Shown: positions 1 to 10,662, numbered from the stretch's first letter. The stretch is DNA of 60,480 nucleotides from an uncultured Nitrospiraceae bacterium (GCA_964592255.1 CAZQCI010000002.1:1-60480), one strand, 5' to 3'. The notes: a model not told the origin generated them from the sequence alone. Numbers and translations are program-made.

Positions 1-1665
1 ATTTTTTTGAGTTTGTTACTTTTTAGAAGTTATCATCTCCAAAGTGCAGAAAATGGTCGTGTTAATCGTTTAGTTGAAAATCAATATAATACCAAATTAG
101 CTACTCCTGCTAAGCGTGGAACCATTTACGATCGTAATGGAAAAGCATTGGCGATGGATGTTCAAGTGGCTTCCATCTCGGTTAATCCTCAAGAAATTAA
201 AGATGTCGAAGCTGTTGTAAGCCAGTTGGCTTCTCTGCTGCACATGCCTGCCGATCAAATTCGAAAAAAATTAGTTTCTTCAAAAAGATTTGAATGGGTA
301 GCGCGTCGTGTGCCGCAAGATGTGGGAGCAACCATTAAAGCATTAAAAATGCCGGGTGTTACGGTTGCCTCGGAATACAAACGTTTTTATCCCAATAAAG
401 AAATTGCTGGTAATCTTTTAGGAGCCGTCGGTTTTGATGCACAGGCTTTGGGTGGTTTGGAATTATCGTTAGATAATTATCTTAAATCATCAGCGACACC
501 TATTGTTGCCGAAAAGGATGCCAAAGGGCGCTTATTTACTCCTGTCGATTCACGAGAAATTTATCATGACATCAACCTGAGTATTGATTTGGATGTTCAA
601 TATCTAGCGGAAAAATATTTGAAAGAAAATGGAAAGAAGTATCAGGCAAAAAGCGGTTTTGCCATTGTTATGGATCCTAAGACGGGAGAGATTTTGGCAA
701 TGGCCAATTATCCTTCCTTTAATCCGAATGTTTATGCCGATTACTCGCCTGAAAGTTGGAAAAACCATGCCGTCATTGATACCTACGAACCCGGGTCTAC
801 TTTTAAAACGATCTTGGCGGCATCTGCTTTAAATACAGGAAAAGTTAAACCGACGGATGTTTTCAATTGTGAAGGAGGGAGTTATAAAATTGGGACCCAA
901 GTGATTCATGATCATGGAGCTTATGGCAATCTTTCTTTTTCAGATATCATGAAATTCTCTTCTAACATTGGTGTGACCAAGGTGGCGCAAAAAATTGGAA
1001 AACAAACTTTCTACGATACGATGATCGCTTTGGGTTTTGGGCAAAAACCGGATGTTAGTTTTCCAGGTGTTGAAAAAGGATTGCTGCGTCATGTGAAAAA
1101 TTGGTCGATGATTGACCACAGCAATATTGCCTTCGGCCAGGGCTTAGCCGTGACGGGTCTTCAGATGGCGTCTGCTTATGCGACATTAGCCAATCACGGA
1201 ATGAAAATGAAACCGCTTTTAGTTGAAAAAGCAATTAGCTCCGAAGGTCAGACTGTTTTTGAAAACAAGCCCACTCCTTTGGGAGAAATCGTCAAACCAC
1301 AAGCGGCCTCTCAATTAACCCACATGTTAGAAGGGGTGGTTGAAGAAGGTGGTACAGGTATTCAAGCTGGGCTGGAAGGCTATCCGGTAGCTGGCAAGAC
1401 AGGAACGGCTCAAAAAGTGGATCCGAAAACAAGGCAATATGCGCCTGGAAAATTTGTCAGCTCTTTCATCGGCTATGTGCCTACTAATGATCCTGATTTT
1501 GTTATTTATGTAGTTTATGACACGCCTCAACCTGTTTATTTTGGTGGTGTTGTAGCGGCTCCTGTTTTTCGTCAAATTGCTAAAGAGGCATTGGCTTTAA
1601 AAGGAGTGCCCCCTGTAACGGGTAAAACATTGGCCCGTATGGGCCCCGCGGGGCATGACACGTGA
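1..1665 (+). CDS. ftsI: Class B penicillin-binding protein / peptidoglycan D,D-transpeptidase FtsI (5' end outside window)
   Basis: The frame is open to nt 1 and the N-terminal membrane anchor is missing. Transpeptidase motifs STFK (SxxK), SSN (SxN) and KTGT (KTG) are present. It is the first gene of a canonical dcw order. Confidence 0.9.
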   Translation: MFLSLLLFRSYHLQSAENGRVNRLVENQYNTKLATPAKRGTIYDRNGKALAMDVQVASISVNPQEIKDVEAVVSQLASLLHMPADQIRKKLVSSKRFEWVARRVPQDVGATIKALKMPGVTVASEYKRFYPNKEIAGNLLGAVGFDAQALGGLELSLDNYLKSSATPIVAEKDAKGRLFTPVDSREIYHDINLSIDLDVQYLAEKYLKENGKKYQAKSGFAIVMDPKTGEILAMANYPSFNPNVYADYSPESWKNHAVIDTYEPGSTFKTILAASALNTGKVKPTDVFNCEGGSYKIGTQVIHDHGAYGNLSFSDIMKFSSNIGVTKVAQKIGKQTFYDTMIALGFGQKPDVSFPGVEKGLLRHVKNWSMIDHSNIAFGQGLAVTGLQMASAYATLANHGMKMKPLLVEKAISSEGQTVFENKPTPLGEIVKPQAASQLTHMLEGVVEEGGTGIQAGLEGYPVAGKTGTAQKVDPKTRQYAPGKFVSSFIGYVPTNDPDFVIYVVYDTPQPVYFGGVVAAPVFRQIAKEALALKGVPPVTGKTLARMGPAGHDT

Positions 1666-3143
1666 TGAGCCTCGACAACATGATTACGGTTTTGGGGGAC
1701 GCTCAAGTTTTGGGAAAAAGTAGAAACATTCCCGTGAGCGGCCTGACTTATCGGTCTTCTGATGTGAAGAAGGGACATATTTTTGTTGCCATACCTGGTT
1801 TTAAATCTGACGGCCGAAACTATGTTGCTCAAGCAATGGAACAAGGAGCCATCGCCATAGTTTTTGAAGGAAAGTTCTTTGACAAGTTAAGAGCGACGCA
1901 GATCAGGGTTTCGGGGGCTAGGCTTGCTTTAGCCCGGCTTTCTTCCGCTTTTTTTGCTCATCCGACGAACGCTTTTTATCTGTGTGGTGTCACCGGTACT
2001 AACGGGAAAACGACACTCACTTATTTGATGGAAGCGCTCTGGCAGGCGGCTCAAAGAAAAACGGGTGTTTTGGGGACAATTAATTACCGCATTAATGGAA
2101 CGGTTGTCCGTGAAGCTCAAGCGACAACCCCCGAATCCCTAGATCTTCAAAATTATTTTTTCTTGATGAAAAAGAAAAAAGTGAGTCATGCCGTGGTGGA
2201 AGTATCCTCCCATGGTTTGGATTTAGATCGTGTCGAATCTTCCCAGTTCAATAGTTGTGTTTTTACCAATTTGACACGCGATCATCTCGATTTTCACAAA
2301 ACTTTTGAAAGTTATTACCGTGCTAAGGAAAAACTTTTTTTGCATCACCTGGCCAAAAGTTCCAAAAAAGATAAGTTAGCAGTTGTATGCGTGGAAGATA
2401 AATATGGTCTACGCTTGGCGGACTCTCTTAAAAAAGCCAAGGTGCCTTTGATGACGTATGGATTTTCCAATCATGCAGATGTGCATCCGGAACATTTTGA
2501 GCTGGGTCTTCAATCGGGACGTGTGGTTTTAAAAATTAAAAACAGAAGCCTTGAGTTTTCTACAAAACTGATTGGACGTTTTAATTTGCTCAATACCATG
2601 GCCGCGGTTGCGGTGGGGATGCATTCGGGACTTAAAGAGCCGGATATTGTGAAAGGTTTTGAAAATTTTAAAGGGGTGCCTGGGCGTCTTGAACAGCCAG
2701 CTCCTTTAGTTTTTGTAGATTATGCGCATACTCCGGATGCTCTTAAGAATGTGCTTAAAACTTTGCGCGCTTTATCGCCCCGAAAATTGATTACGGTTTT
2801 TGGTTGTGGGGGCGATCGAGATAAAACAAAAAGGCCCCAAATGGGAAAAGAAGCCGGTGTTTTTTCCGATATTGTTATTGTCACCAGTGATAATCCTCGA
2901 ATGGAAGATCCGGAAAAAATTATGGGTGATATTATGCCGGGCTTAAAGCGATTGAGACAAAAAGAAATTATAAAAGAACCGGACCGTAAAAAAGCTATTG
3001 AAGCAGCCCTGCATCTTAAAGGGCCTAATGATGTGGTGCTTATTGCCGGTAAAGGGCATGAAAACTACCAAATGATTGGTGCGCAAAAATATCCGTTCTC
3101 CGATCAACATGTTGTGAAGGAATATTTTGGACTTAACTCTTGA
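1662..3143 (+). CDS. murE: UDP-N-acetylmuramoyl-L-alanyl-D-glutamate--2,6-diaminopimelate ligase
   Basis: Mur ligase P-loop GVTGTNGKTT and a DNPR motif (TSDNPRMEDP) typical of meso-DAP-adding MurE. The GTG start overlaps the ftsI TGA stop. Position is ftsI-murE-murF. Confidence 0.93.
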   Translation: MMSLDNMITVLGDAQVLGKSRNIPVSGLTYRSSDVKKGHIFVAIPGFKSDGRNYVAQAMEQGAIAIVFEGKFFDKLRATQIRVSGARLALARLSSAFFAHPTNAFYLCGVTGTNGKTTLTYLMEALWQAAQRKTGVLGTINYRINGTVVREAQATTPESLDLQNYFFLMKKKKVSHAVVEVSSHGLDLDRVESSQFNSCVFTNLTRDHLDFHKTFESYYRAKEKLFLHHLAKSSKKDKLAVVCVEDKYGLRLADSLKKAKVPLMTYGFSNHADVHPEHFELGLQSGRVVLKIKNRSLEFSTKLIGRFNLLNTMAAVAVGMHSGLKEPDIVKGFENFKGVPGRLEQPAPLVFVDYAHTPDALKNVLKTLRALSPRKLITVFGCGGDRDKTKRPQMGKEAGVFSDIVIVTSDNPRMEDPEKIMGDIMPGLKRLRQKEIIKEPDRKKAIEAALHLKGPNDVVLIAGKGHENYQMIGAQKYPFSDQHVVKEYFGLNS

Positions 3144-4485
3144 ACACATTGCACAAGCGTGCCGAGGCAAAAAGCTGGGCAAAAATTTTGAAAAAACGGT
3201 CCAGCGTTTTTCCAAAGACACACGTAGCTTACAGCCTGGAGATTTTTATGTGGCTCTTCAAGGACAGCATTTTGATGGTCACGCTTTTCTTGAAGAAGCT
3301 AAGGATAAAGGAGCGGTGGGTGCCTTGGTTTCTTCCGCATCTACCTCATTAGGTGATTGGCCTAGGGTGATGGTGGACGATACTTTATATGCGTTGGGCC
3401 AAGTGGCCCAGGCGTGGCGTAACCGTTTTTCCATACCAATTGTGGGAATTACGGGAAGTAATGGAAAAACATCCACTAAAGAAATGCTGGCGTTATGTCT
3501 TCAGGAAAAAGGTCGGGTTCATAAAACAGAAGGTAATTTAAATAACCTCATCGGTCTTCCTCTTACTCTTTTAGGTTTAGAGAAAGAAGACCAATTTTGT
3601 GTTTGTGAAATGGGAATGAACGCTTTTGGTGAAATTAAACGTTTGACGGAAATTGCACAACCCACTGTGGGTTTAGTTACTAATGTTGGTTTGGCCCACT
3701 TGGAAGGGTTAAAAACCATCGAAGGAGTAGCTCAAGCCAAAGGAGAATTATTTGCAGGGCTGGAATCTTCCTCTTGGGCGGTGGTAAATAATGATGATCC
3801 TCGGGTTTTTGTGATGCCTACCCGGGCCCAAAAAATAACTTATGGCCGAAAAGCAGGAAGCGATATTTGTGTTCTTGATGTTTCAATTCGTGAGTCTGGC
3901 ATGGAAATTAAAGTGGCTGATCCTAAGGGAAAGCATGATTTTTTTCTACCTGTCGTTGGCGATCATCATGTCAGTAACTGGTTGGCCACTTATGCGGTTT
4001 GTTATCTCTTAGGGATTTCTGCCGATCAGGCGCAGGAGGGGATTAAGAAATTTACAGCGCAAAAAATGCGTGGAGAGGAAATCAATCTCCCAAATTCTGT
4101 GTTGATTATTAACGATGCCTACAATGCTAACCCTACTTCTATGGCTGCTTCTCTTCAATCGCTAGCTCAACGTTTTCCTAAACGAAGAAAGTTAGCAGTT
4201 TTGGGAGATATGTTCGAACTGGGGGAAAACTCCCAAATGTTACATGAACAAGTAGGCACTGTGGCTGCAGAATCCCAAATTGAAGAATTGTTGGCTTTGG
4301 GAAAAATGGCTTCATTCATGGTAAAAGGTTTTGAAAAGAAAATTTTGGGAAAATCACAAGCCTTTGATTCTTTAGATGAGCTTGGTGAAGTATTGAACAA
4401 AAAAATTCGCCCGGGAGATGTGGTGCTTATCAAAGGGTCCAGGGGCGCACAGATGGAAAGAGTGATCAGTTTTTTATCTATTTAA
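3127..4485 (+). CDS. murF: UDP-N-acetylmuramoyl-tripeptide--D-alanyl-D-alanine ligase
   Basis: Mur ligase P-loop GITGSNGKTSTKEM and a MurF-like N-terminus (LTLEHIAQACRGKKLG). Predicted TTG start overlaps the murE end by 17 nt. Synteny supports the call. Confidence 0.9.
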   Translation: MDLTLEHIAQACRGKKLGKNFEKTVQRFSKDTRSLQPGDFYVALQGQHFDGHAFLEEAKDKGAVGALVSSASTSLGDWPRVMVDDTLYALGQVAQAWRNRFSIPIVGITGSNGKTSTKEMLALCLQEKGRVHKTEGNLNNLIGLPLTLLGLEKEDQFCVCEMGMNAFGEIKRLTEIAQPTVGLVTNVGLAHLEGLKTIEGVAQAKGELFAGLESSSWAVVNNDDPRVFVMPTRAQKITYGRKAGSDICVLDVSIRESGMEIKVADPKGKHDFFLPVVGDHHVSNWLATYAVCYLLGISADQAQEGIKKFTAQKMRGEEINLPNSVLIINDAYNANPTSMAASLQSLAQRFPKRRKLAVLGDMFELGENSQMLHEQVGTVAAESQIEELLALGKMASFMVKGFEKKILGKSQAFDSLDELGEVLNKKIRPGDVVLIKGSRGAQMERVISFLSI

Positions 4486-4535
4486 CCCGTTCGATAAACC
4501 ACACTGGGGTTTGTTGAACCATAAAGAGGATTCTA

Positions 4536-5612
4536 GTGCTTTATTATTTTTTATATCCCTTACACGATTCACTCAAACTGTTTAACGTTCTTAAATATAT
4601 TACGTTCCGTACTTTTGCGGCTTTGCTAACAGCCCTCACACTTTATCTTTTGCTGGGTCAATGGTGGATTGGTTTTTTAAGAAGAAAAGCCATGGCGCAG
4701 ACTATTCGTACTGATGGTCCACAAACTCATTTGGGGAAGAAAGGCACTCCTACGATGGGAGGTGTTTTGGTCATAGGAGCTTCCTTGGTGGCGATTCTTC
4801 TTTGGGGTAATTGGTCCAACGATTATGTTTGGATTTGTGTTTTAGTTTATTTATCCATGGGAGCCATTGGGCTCATCGACGATTATCGGAAAGTGATTCT
4901 GAAGGACCCACACGGTTTTCCTGGGCGTTATAAAATTATTTTAGAAGTTATCATTTGTTTGGTCGCCGCCCTTTGGATGTATGGCCATAAAGGCTTGGAT
5001 ACACGTCTCTATGTTCCTTTCTTTAAGGAAATCCAGCCGGATCTTTCGTTCTGGTATTTAATTCTCACGATTTTGGTGGTGGCTGGTACGGCTAATGCCG
5101 TCAACATCACCGATGGTTTAGATGGCTTAGTGGCGGTTCCTTCCATGACGTCTTTTATGACTTATGGCTTGTTTGTCTACATTGTCGGCAATTCAGTTTT
5201 ATCCAATTATTTACAACTACCTTATGTCCGTGATGCGGGTGAAGTTGCGATTGTATGTGGGGCCGTGGTGGGTGCTTGCTTGGGTTTTTTATGGTTTAAC
5301 ACCTATCCTGCGGAAATTTTTATGGGCGATGTGGGCGCCTTGGCTTTGGGAGGTTTGTTAGGCTTGGTGGCCATGATTACGAAACAGGAATTATTGCTGA
5401 TTATCATCGGTGGCATTTTTGTTTTAGAGACCTTGTCGGTTATTACTCAAGTGGCGTCTTTTAAACTGACGGGGAAAAGAATTTTTAAGATGGCTCCCTT
5501 ACATCATCATTTCGAATTAAAAGGATGGAAGGAACCCAAAATTATTGTGCGTTTTTGGATTGTCTCTTTCATTTTGGCTTTGTTGTCATTAACGACGCTG
5601 AAGCTTAGATGA
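4536..5612 (+). CDS. mraY: Phospho-N-acetylmuramoyl-pentapeptide transferase
   Basis: Polytopic membrane protein with MraY signatures (TPTMGG, NAVNITDGLDGL, APLHHHFE). GTG start. Synteny supports the call. Confidence 0.93.
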   Translation: MLYYFLYPLHDSLKLFNVLKYITFRTFAALLTALTLYLLLGQWWIGFLRRKAMAQTIRTDGPQTHLGKKGTPTMGGVLVIGASLVAILLWGNWSNDYVWICVLVYLSMGAIGLIDDYRKVILKDPHGFPGRYKIILEVIICLVAALWMYGHKGLDTRLYVPFFKEIQPDLSFWYLILTILVVAGTANAVNITDGLDGLVAVPSMTSFMTYGLFVYIVGNSVLSNYLQLPYVRDAGEVAIVCGAVVGACLGFLWFNTYPAEIFMGDVGALALGGLLGLVAMITKQELLLIIIGGIFVLETLSVITQVASFKLTGKRIFKMAPLHHHFELKGWKEPKIIVRFWIVSFILALLSLTTLKLR

Positions 5613-5622
5613 TTTTGATTAT

Positions 5623-5732
5623 GTTATTGCGAGGAATGAAGCCATGTGTGGCGTAACGACGAAGTCCCGCAGGGACAAGCAATCCAGAAAATTTTATTGG
5701 ATCGCCACGGCCCGATGGGCCTCGCGATGACC
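5623..5732. repeat. Composite hairpin repeat in the mraY-murD spacer (divergent relative of the GTCAT-hairpin family)
   Basis: Left part GTTATTGCGAGG...AGCAATCCAG carries a nested GTCCCGCAGGGAC hairpin. Right part TGGATCGCCACGGCCCGATGGGCCTCGCGATGACC, whose reverse complement begins GGTCATCGCGAGG. It shares the GTyAT-stem-loop-stem-ATCCA architecture in inverted pairs, but the resemblance is architectural only. Confidence 0.45.
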
Positions 5733-5737
5733 GCATC

Positions 5738-7084
5738 ATGTTCAAACGAGGGAAATATTTGATTCTTGGCCTGGGCATTACAGGCACGGCGGTGGCAGAT
5801 TTTTTGATCTCTCAAAATTGTACCTTTGTGGCTTTTGAAGAGTTTTCTCGAGAGAATTTTGAAATTTTTCAAAAAAAGTTTTCAGGAAAAGGGGATTTTT
5901 ATTTTCAGAACTTATCCCCAAATATTTTAGAGCAGTGCCTGGGTGTTTTTGTAAGCCCGGGGGTTCCGTTGACACAAAAGTGGGTCCAAGAGGCGGCCAC
6001 GAAGAAGATACCGGTTCTTAGTGAACTGGAAGAAGCCTCCCGATTCCTTCAAGGATCGATGATTGCCGTTACGGGAACGAATGGGAAATCGACCACGGTA
6101 ACGTTAATCGATGCGATGTTGAAGGCGGGAGGTTTTGGCTCAAGCCTTAAAGGAAACATTGGATCTCCACTCATGACCGCGTTGGCGGAACCCCTTAAGT
6201 CTTTTTATGTTGTCGAGGTAAGTAGTTATCAGCTGGAGATGATTCAAACGTTTCGTCCTAAAATTTCCGTTAACTTGAATGTTACTGCTGATCATCTCGA
6301 CCGTTACGCTGATATGGAAGCCTATGCTGAAGCTAAGGCCCGTATTTTTATGAATCAGAAAGAAGATGAGGCCTTTATTTATAACGCCGATGATTCTTAT
6401 TGCTTGCGCATGAGTCGCAACGCTTTGTGTCGGACTTATCCTTTTAGCTTGGTCAATCGTTTTGATGAAGGTGCTTTTGTCGATAAAAACGACATGGTGG
6501 TTCGAGTGAAAGGACGAGAAGCCCGTTATTCGCTCAATGATTGTGCTCTGCAAGGGCTGCATAACCAAGAGAACATGCTAGCGTCGTTATTAGCAGCTAC
6601 TTTGGCGGGTGTTGATGAAAAAAATCTTCGATCGACACTTAAAAATTTTAAAGCGCTTTCTCACCGAGTGGAACCAGTTGGTGAATTTAAAGGCATGAAG
6701 TTCTACGATGATTCTAAAGGAACCAATGTTGGTGCGGTGGTCATGGCTTTAGCTTCTTTTGAAGGCCCTGTGATTTTGATCTTAGGAGGACGTGATAAAG
6801 GTGGGGATTACTCTCCTCTTAAATCACTCATCCGGGCTAAAGTAAAAGATGTTATCGTGTTGGGAGAAGCTAAAAATGTAATTGCAACAGCTCTCGAGGG
6901 CATCAAACCACTCCATCTGGTGGAGAACATGAAACAGGCTGTGGAAAAAAGTTATGAATTAGGAAAACCCGGCGATACGGTATTGCTCTCGCCGGCTTGT
7001 TCTAGTTTTGATCAATATAAAAATTATGCTGAACGGGGGAATGATTTTTCAAAATGGGTTTTTCATTACGAAAAAATAAAGTAG
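5738..7084 (+). CDS. murD: UDP-N-acetylmuramoylalanine--D-glutamate ligase
   Basis: N-terminal Rossmann GLGITG, Mur ligase P-loop AVTGTNGKSTT, and a C-terminal SPACSSFDQY motif typical of MurD. Synteny supports the call. Confidence 0.92.
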   Translation: MFKRGKYLILGLGITGTAVADFLISQNCTFVAFEEFSRENFEIFQKKFSGKGDFYFQNLSPNILEQCLGVFVSPGVPLTQKWVQEAATKKIPVLSELEEASRFLQGSMIAVTGTNGKSTTVTLIDAMLKAGGFGSSLKGNIGSPLMTALAEPLKSFYVVEVSSYQLEMIQTFRPKISVNLNVTADHLDRYADMEAYAEAKARIFMNQKEDEAFIYNADDSYCLRMSRNALCRTYPFSLVNRFDEGAFVDKNDMVVRVKGREARYSLNDCALQGLHNQENMLASLLAATLAGVDEKNLRSTLKNFKALSHRVEPVGEFKGMKFYDDSKGTNVGAVVMALASFEGPVILILGGRDKGGDYSPLKSLIRAKVKDVIVLGEAKNVIATALEGIKPLHLVENMKQAVEKSYELGKPGDTVLLSPACSSFDQYKNYAERGNDFSKWVFHYEKIK

Positions 7085-8205
7085 AAAAAAATAAAGAAAA
7101 AGAACCCATAGCCCATGGCTCGGACATTTCTCTTTTATTTGTTACCCTTCTTTTGGTTTTCATCGGTATTGTGATGGTTTTTTCTAGTAGTGCCGTGCTG
7201 GCCAAGCAAAATTATCACGACACCTATTATTTTTTAAAAAGAGAGCTTCTTTTTGTTGGTTTGGGACTTGTGATGATGTTTGTGATGCGGAAGATTCCTT
7301 ATCGCTTTTACTGGAAAATGATTTATCCCGTTTTTTTCGGTATGATGGGGCTTCTTGTCATCACCTTGTTCATTGGTAAGGGAGGAACTACCGGAGAAGT
7401 GCACCGTTGGATTCGTTTGGGTCCCATTTCTTTGCAGCCTTCCGAAATGGGTAAATTAGTGGTTGTGATTTTTGCCGCCTATGCCTTGGCTAAAAAAGGA
7501 GAAAAAGTTCGTAATTTTGCCAAAGGATTTTTGCCGGTTGTTATTTTAAGTGGTGCCTACATTGTTCTTATTCTAGCCCAGCGCGATTTAGGGGGCGCTT
7601 TCATTATTGGTGTTTTAGTTTTTCTCATGCTTTTTGTTTCTGGTACTCGCCCCATGTATCTTATAGGAGGACTTTTGGCGTCCCTTCCTGTACTTTATTT
7701 TGCTATTTTTGCGGTCGATTTTCGACGCCAAAGAATTTTAACTTTTCTTGACCCGTGGAGTAATCCACTTGGTTCGGGTTTTCAGATTATTCAATCCTTT
7801 GTTGCCTTCCGTTCGGGTGGTTTTTCAGGAGTTGGGTTGGGGGAAGGAAAACAAAAATTATTTTATCTTCCGGAAGCTCATACCGATTTTATTTTTTCGG
7901 TTTTAGGAGAAGAACTAGGGCTTTTGGGTGTGTTACTGGTGATTGCTTTATTTACTTTCTTCATTTTTCGAGGATTACTCATCTCCCTTAAAACCCGTGA
8001 TTTGTTCGGCATGTATTTGGCTTTTGGTATTACTTGTCTTATTGGCATTCAAGCCTTTTTCAATATGGCGGTAGTCATGGGATTGTTGCCGACTAAAGGT
8101 TTGGCTCTGCCTTTCATCAGCTATGGGGGCTCCTCGATGCTCACCAGTCTTATGGCTGTGGGAATTCTCCTCAATATTTCTACTGAAGAAGGGGAGAGTG
8201 AATGA
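7054..8205 (+). CDS. ftsW: Cell-division SEDS peptidoglycan glycosyltransferase FtsW
   Basis: Polytopic SEDS-family sequence (EAHTDFIF, LPTKGLALPFISYGGSS). It lies between murD and murG and overlaps the murD end by 31 nt. Confidence 0.9.
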   Translation: MGFSLRKNKVEKNKEKEPIAHGSDISLLFVTLLLVFIGIVMVFSSSAVLAKQNYHDTYYFLKRELLFVGLGLVMMFVMRKIPYRFYWKMIYPVFFGMMGLLVITLFIGKGGTTGEVHRWIRLGPISLQPSEMGKLVVVIFAAYALAKKGEKVRNFAKGFLPVVILSGAYIVLILAQRDLGGAFIIGVLVFLMLFVSGTRPMYLIGGLLASLPVLYFAIFAVDFRRQRILTFLDPWSNPLGSGFQIIQSFVAFRSGGFSGVGLGEGKQKLFYLPEAHTDFIFSVLGEELGLLGVLLVIALFTFFIFRGLLISLKTRDLFGMYLAFGITCLIGIQAFFNMAVVMGLLPTKGLALPFISYGGSSMLTSLMAVGILLNISTEEGESE

Positions 8206-9269
8206 AGAAAAAACTGATTTTGGCGGGCGGCGGTACCGGAGGTCATCTTTTTCCCGGAATGGCGGTAGCAGAAGAGTGGCAAAAACGAGGAGGGAATGTT
8301 TTATTTGTAGGATCAGCGCGTGGGATGGAGAAAAAACTGCTTCCGCAATATGGTTTTGCTTTAACGCTGTTGCCAGCCTCCATTCTTAAAGGTGGAGGTT
8401 TTGTTGAGCGTCTCAAAGTTTTAGTGACCGTCCCCCGGGCTTTGTTTAAAAGTTTAATTTTACTCCAGCGTGAAAAACCGGACGTTGTTTTAGGTATCGG
8501 TGGTTATGCCTCCGGACCTGTGGTTTTAGCGGCTTGGATGTTGAGGATCAAAACGGCATTGATTGAACAAAATGCGGTGCCTGGCTTGACGAATCGTTGG
8601 CTTAAATTTTTTGTTCGACATGTTTTTATTACATTTAAAAAAGCGGCTTCTTTTTTTAAGTCTCAGACTGTGAAAGTGACAGGGAATCCGGCCATGAACA
8701 GAATTGTTCAAAACGCCGGAAAAAAAATCCAATTATCACAACTAACTTTAATGTTGTGCGGTGGATCCCAAGGATCCCATCGTTTAAATGAAGTGTTTTT
8801 AGAAGCTGCTCCAAAAATTTTGAACCGCTTTCCTCATTTAAAGATTTATCATCAAACTGGAGAGCGTGATTTTGAAGTTGTGAAACAAAAATGGGACGAA
8901 AAAAAAACGGATGTTGTGGTAGCGCCTTTTTTTCACGATATGGAGGAAAAATATGCCACCACATCTCTTGTTATTGGACGCGCCGGTGCTGGTACTGTGA
9001 CAGAATTGGCCTTATGGGGGTTGCCTTCCATTCTTGTGCCTTATCCTTTTGCCGCTGACGATCATCAGCAGAAAAATGCAGAGGCGCTTTGGGAATGTGG
9101 TGCAGCCGAATTGATTCAAGAAAAAGATTTAACTTCGTCCCTTTTAGAAGAGCGAATTTCAAAAATTCTTTCTGACGAACATTTAAGAAAAAAAATGTCC
9201 GAGGCGGCTCTTACTTGGGCTAAACCCAATGCGGCCAAAGATATTGTGGATGAGTTGATGCGCGAATAG
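8202..9269 (+). CDS. murG: UDP-GlcNAc--undecaprenyl-PP-MurNAc-pentapeptide GlcNAc transferase
   Basis: N-terminal GGGTGGHLFP and C-terminal RAGAGTVTEL...DDHQQKNA motifs. ATGA overlap with the ftsW stop. Confidence 0.92.
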   Translation: MKKKLILAGGGTGGHLFPGMAVAEEWQKRGGNVLFVGSARGMEKKLLPQYGFALTLLPASILKGGGFVERLKVLVTVPRALFKSLILLQREKPDVVLGIGGYASGPVVLAAWMLRIKTALIEQNAVPGLTNRWLKFFVRHVFITFKKAASFFKSQTVKVTGNPAMNRIVQNAGKKIQLSQLTLMLCGGSQGSHRLNEVFLEAAPKILNRFPHLKIYHQTGERDFEVVKQKWDEKKTDVVVAPFFHDMEEKYATTSLVIGRAGAGTVTELALWGLPSILVPYPFAADDHQQKNAEALWECGAAELIQEKDLTSSLLEERISKILSDEHLRKKMSEAALTWAKPNAAKDIVDELMRE

Positions 9270-9271
9270 TC

Positions 9272-10654
9272 ATGTATAAAAAACACAAAATTCATTTTGT
9301 AGGTATTGGTGGTGTGGGGATGAGTGGTATTGCGGAAGTTCTTTTAAAGCTGGGCTATCCTGTTTCAGGTTCCGATATCAAGTCTTCTCCTACCACGCGC
9401 CGCTTGGTTAAAAAAGGGGCGCGCATTTCTTACGGACATGCCGCAAAAAATATCGGTGATGCGGAAGTGATGGTGGTGAGTTCGGCTATTCGTAAAGACA
9501 ACCCTGAAATGGTAGCGGCTTTGCTCAAAAAAATTCCCATCATTCAACGGGCTGAAATGTTGGCGGAACTGATGCGCTTCTCTCGTTATGGTGTCGCTGT
9601 TTCAGGAACCCACGGAAAAACAACCACAACCTCTTTGGTTGCGGCTGTGTTGGATGAAGGAGGATTGGATCCTACTTTAGTCATTGGTGGTAAGGTCAAC
9701 AGTTTTAAGTCCAACGCCAAACTGGGGCGCGGTAATTTTATGGTGGCGGAAGCCGATGAATCCGACGGCTCATTTCTTAAACTGTCTCCCACGATTGCTG
9801 TGGTCACAAACATCGACCGTGAACACATGGATTTTTACAAAAATTTTCATTCTGTGTGCCACGCCTATCTCGATTTTGTGAATAAAATTCCTTTTTATGG
9901 AGCGGCCATTTGTTGTGTGGATCATCCGGTTGTTCGCAAACTGATCCCTCAGATGGAAAAACGGGTTGTGACTTATGGTTTCGCATCAGACGCTCACTTC
10001 AGTGCTAAACATGTTACTCCCCATCATGGAAAAATGATTTACGAACTTATGATTCATGGAAAACCCTCCGGGAAAGTGACACTCAATATAGCCGGTCGCC
10101 ACAACGTTCTTAATTCTTTGGCCGCTCTGGCTGTGGCGTATGAGTTGGAAATTCCAATGAAGAAAGCGATGGCATCGCTTAAAAAATTCCGAGGTATTGA
10201 AAGACGTTGCCAAATTTTACTTCAGACTAAATCAGTGACAGTGATCGACGACTACGGGCACCATCCGGCGGAAATTCAAGCGACTCTTTCCACAATCCGT
10301 GAAGCCTATCCCGGAAGACGCCTGGTTTGTTTGTTTCAGCCTCACCGTTTTAGCCGCACCAAAGATTTATTTGATGAATTAACTCATTCTTTCACCCAGG
10401 CACATCGGCTTTTTATCACCGATATTTATGCAGCCGGAGAAAAAGCTTTAAATGAGGTGTCCTCCAAAAAATTGGTGGAGGCCATACAGGGGCAACAGGC
10501 TTCCTATTTGCCCCGTGGGGAAAAAATGCTCGATGAACTTTTGCAAGAAATTAAACCGGGGGACGTATTGTTGTCACTAGGGGCTGGGGATGTAACAGCA
10601 TTGGGGAAAGAATGTGCAAGACGATTGAAAGGTGAATCAAAAAGATCAATTTAA
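9272..10654 (+). CDS. murC: UDP-N-acetylmuramate--L-alanine ligase
   Basis: N-terminal HFVGIGGVGMSG and Mur ligase P-loop VSGTHGKTTTTS. Synteny supports the call. Confidence 0.93.
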   Translation: MYKKHKIHFVGIGGVGMSGIAEVLLKLGYPVSGSDIKSSPTTRRLVKKGARISYGHAAKNIGDAEVMVVSSAIRKDNPEMVAALLKKIPIIQRAEMLAELMRFSRYGVAVSGTHGKTTTTSLVAAVLDEGGLDPTLVIGGKVNSFKSNAKLGRGNFMVAEADESDGSFLKLSPTIAVVTNIDREHMDFYKNFHSVCHAYLDFVNKIPFYGAAICCVDHPVVRKLIPQMEKRVVTYGFASDAHFSAKHVTPHHGKMIYELMIHGKPSGKVTLNIAGRHNVLNSLAALAVAYELEIPMKKAMASLKKFRGIERRCQILLQTKSVTVIDDYGHHPAEIQATLSTIREAYPGRRLVCLFQPHRFSRTKDLFDELTHSFTQAHRLFITDIYAAGEKALNEVSSKKLVEAIQGQQASYLPRGEKMLDELLQEIKPGDVLLSLGAGDVTALGKECARRLKGESKRSI

Positions 10655-10662
10655 ATTTAAAC

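Noticed and set aside
5605-5872. 60- and 82-aa minus-strand ORFs across the mraY-murD spacer.
   Set aside because: Their sequence is a translation of the hairpin repeats and of the antisense strand of the murD 5' end. This is not coding.
6140-6568. 142-aa antisense ORF in murD. Similar long antisense ORFs lie in fadE (27646-28110), secD (39359-39790), the crotonase gene (35453-35848), leuC (58066-58461) and the 29.7-30.1 kb region.
   Set aside because: All lie opposite strongly supported genes and lack start-site signals or recognisable domains.
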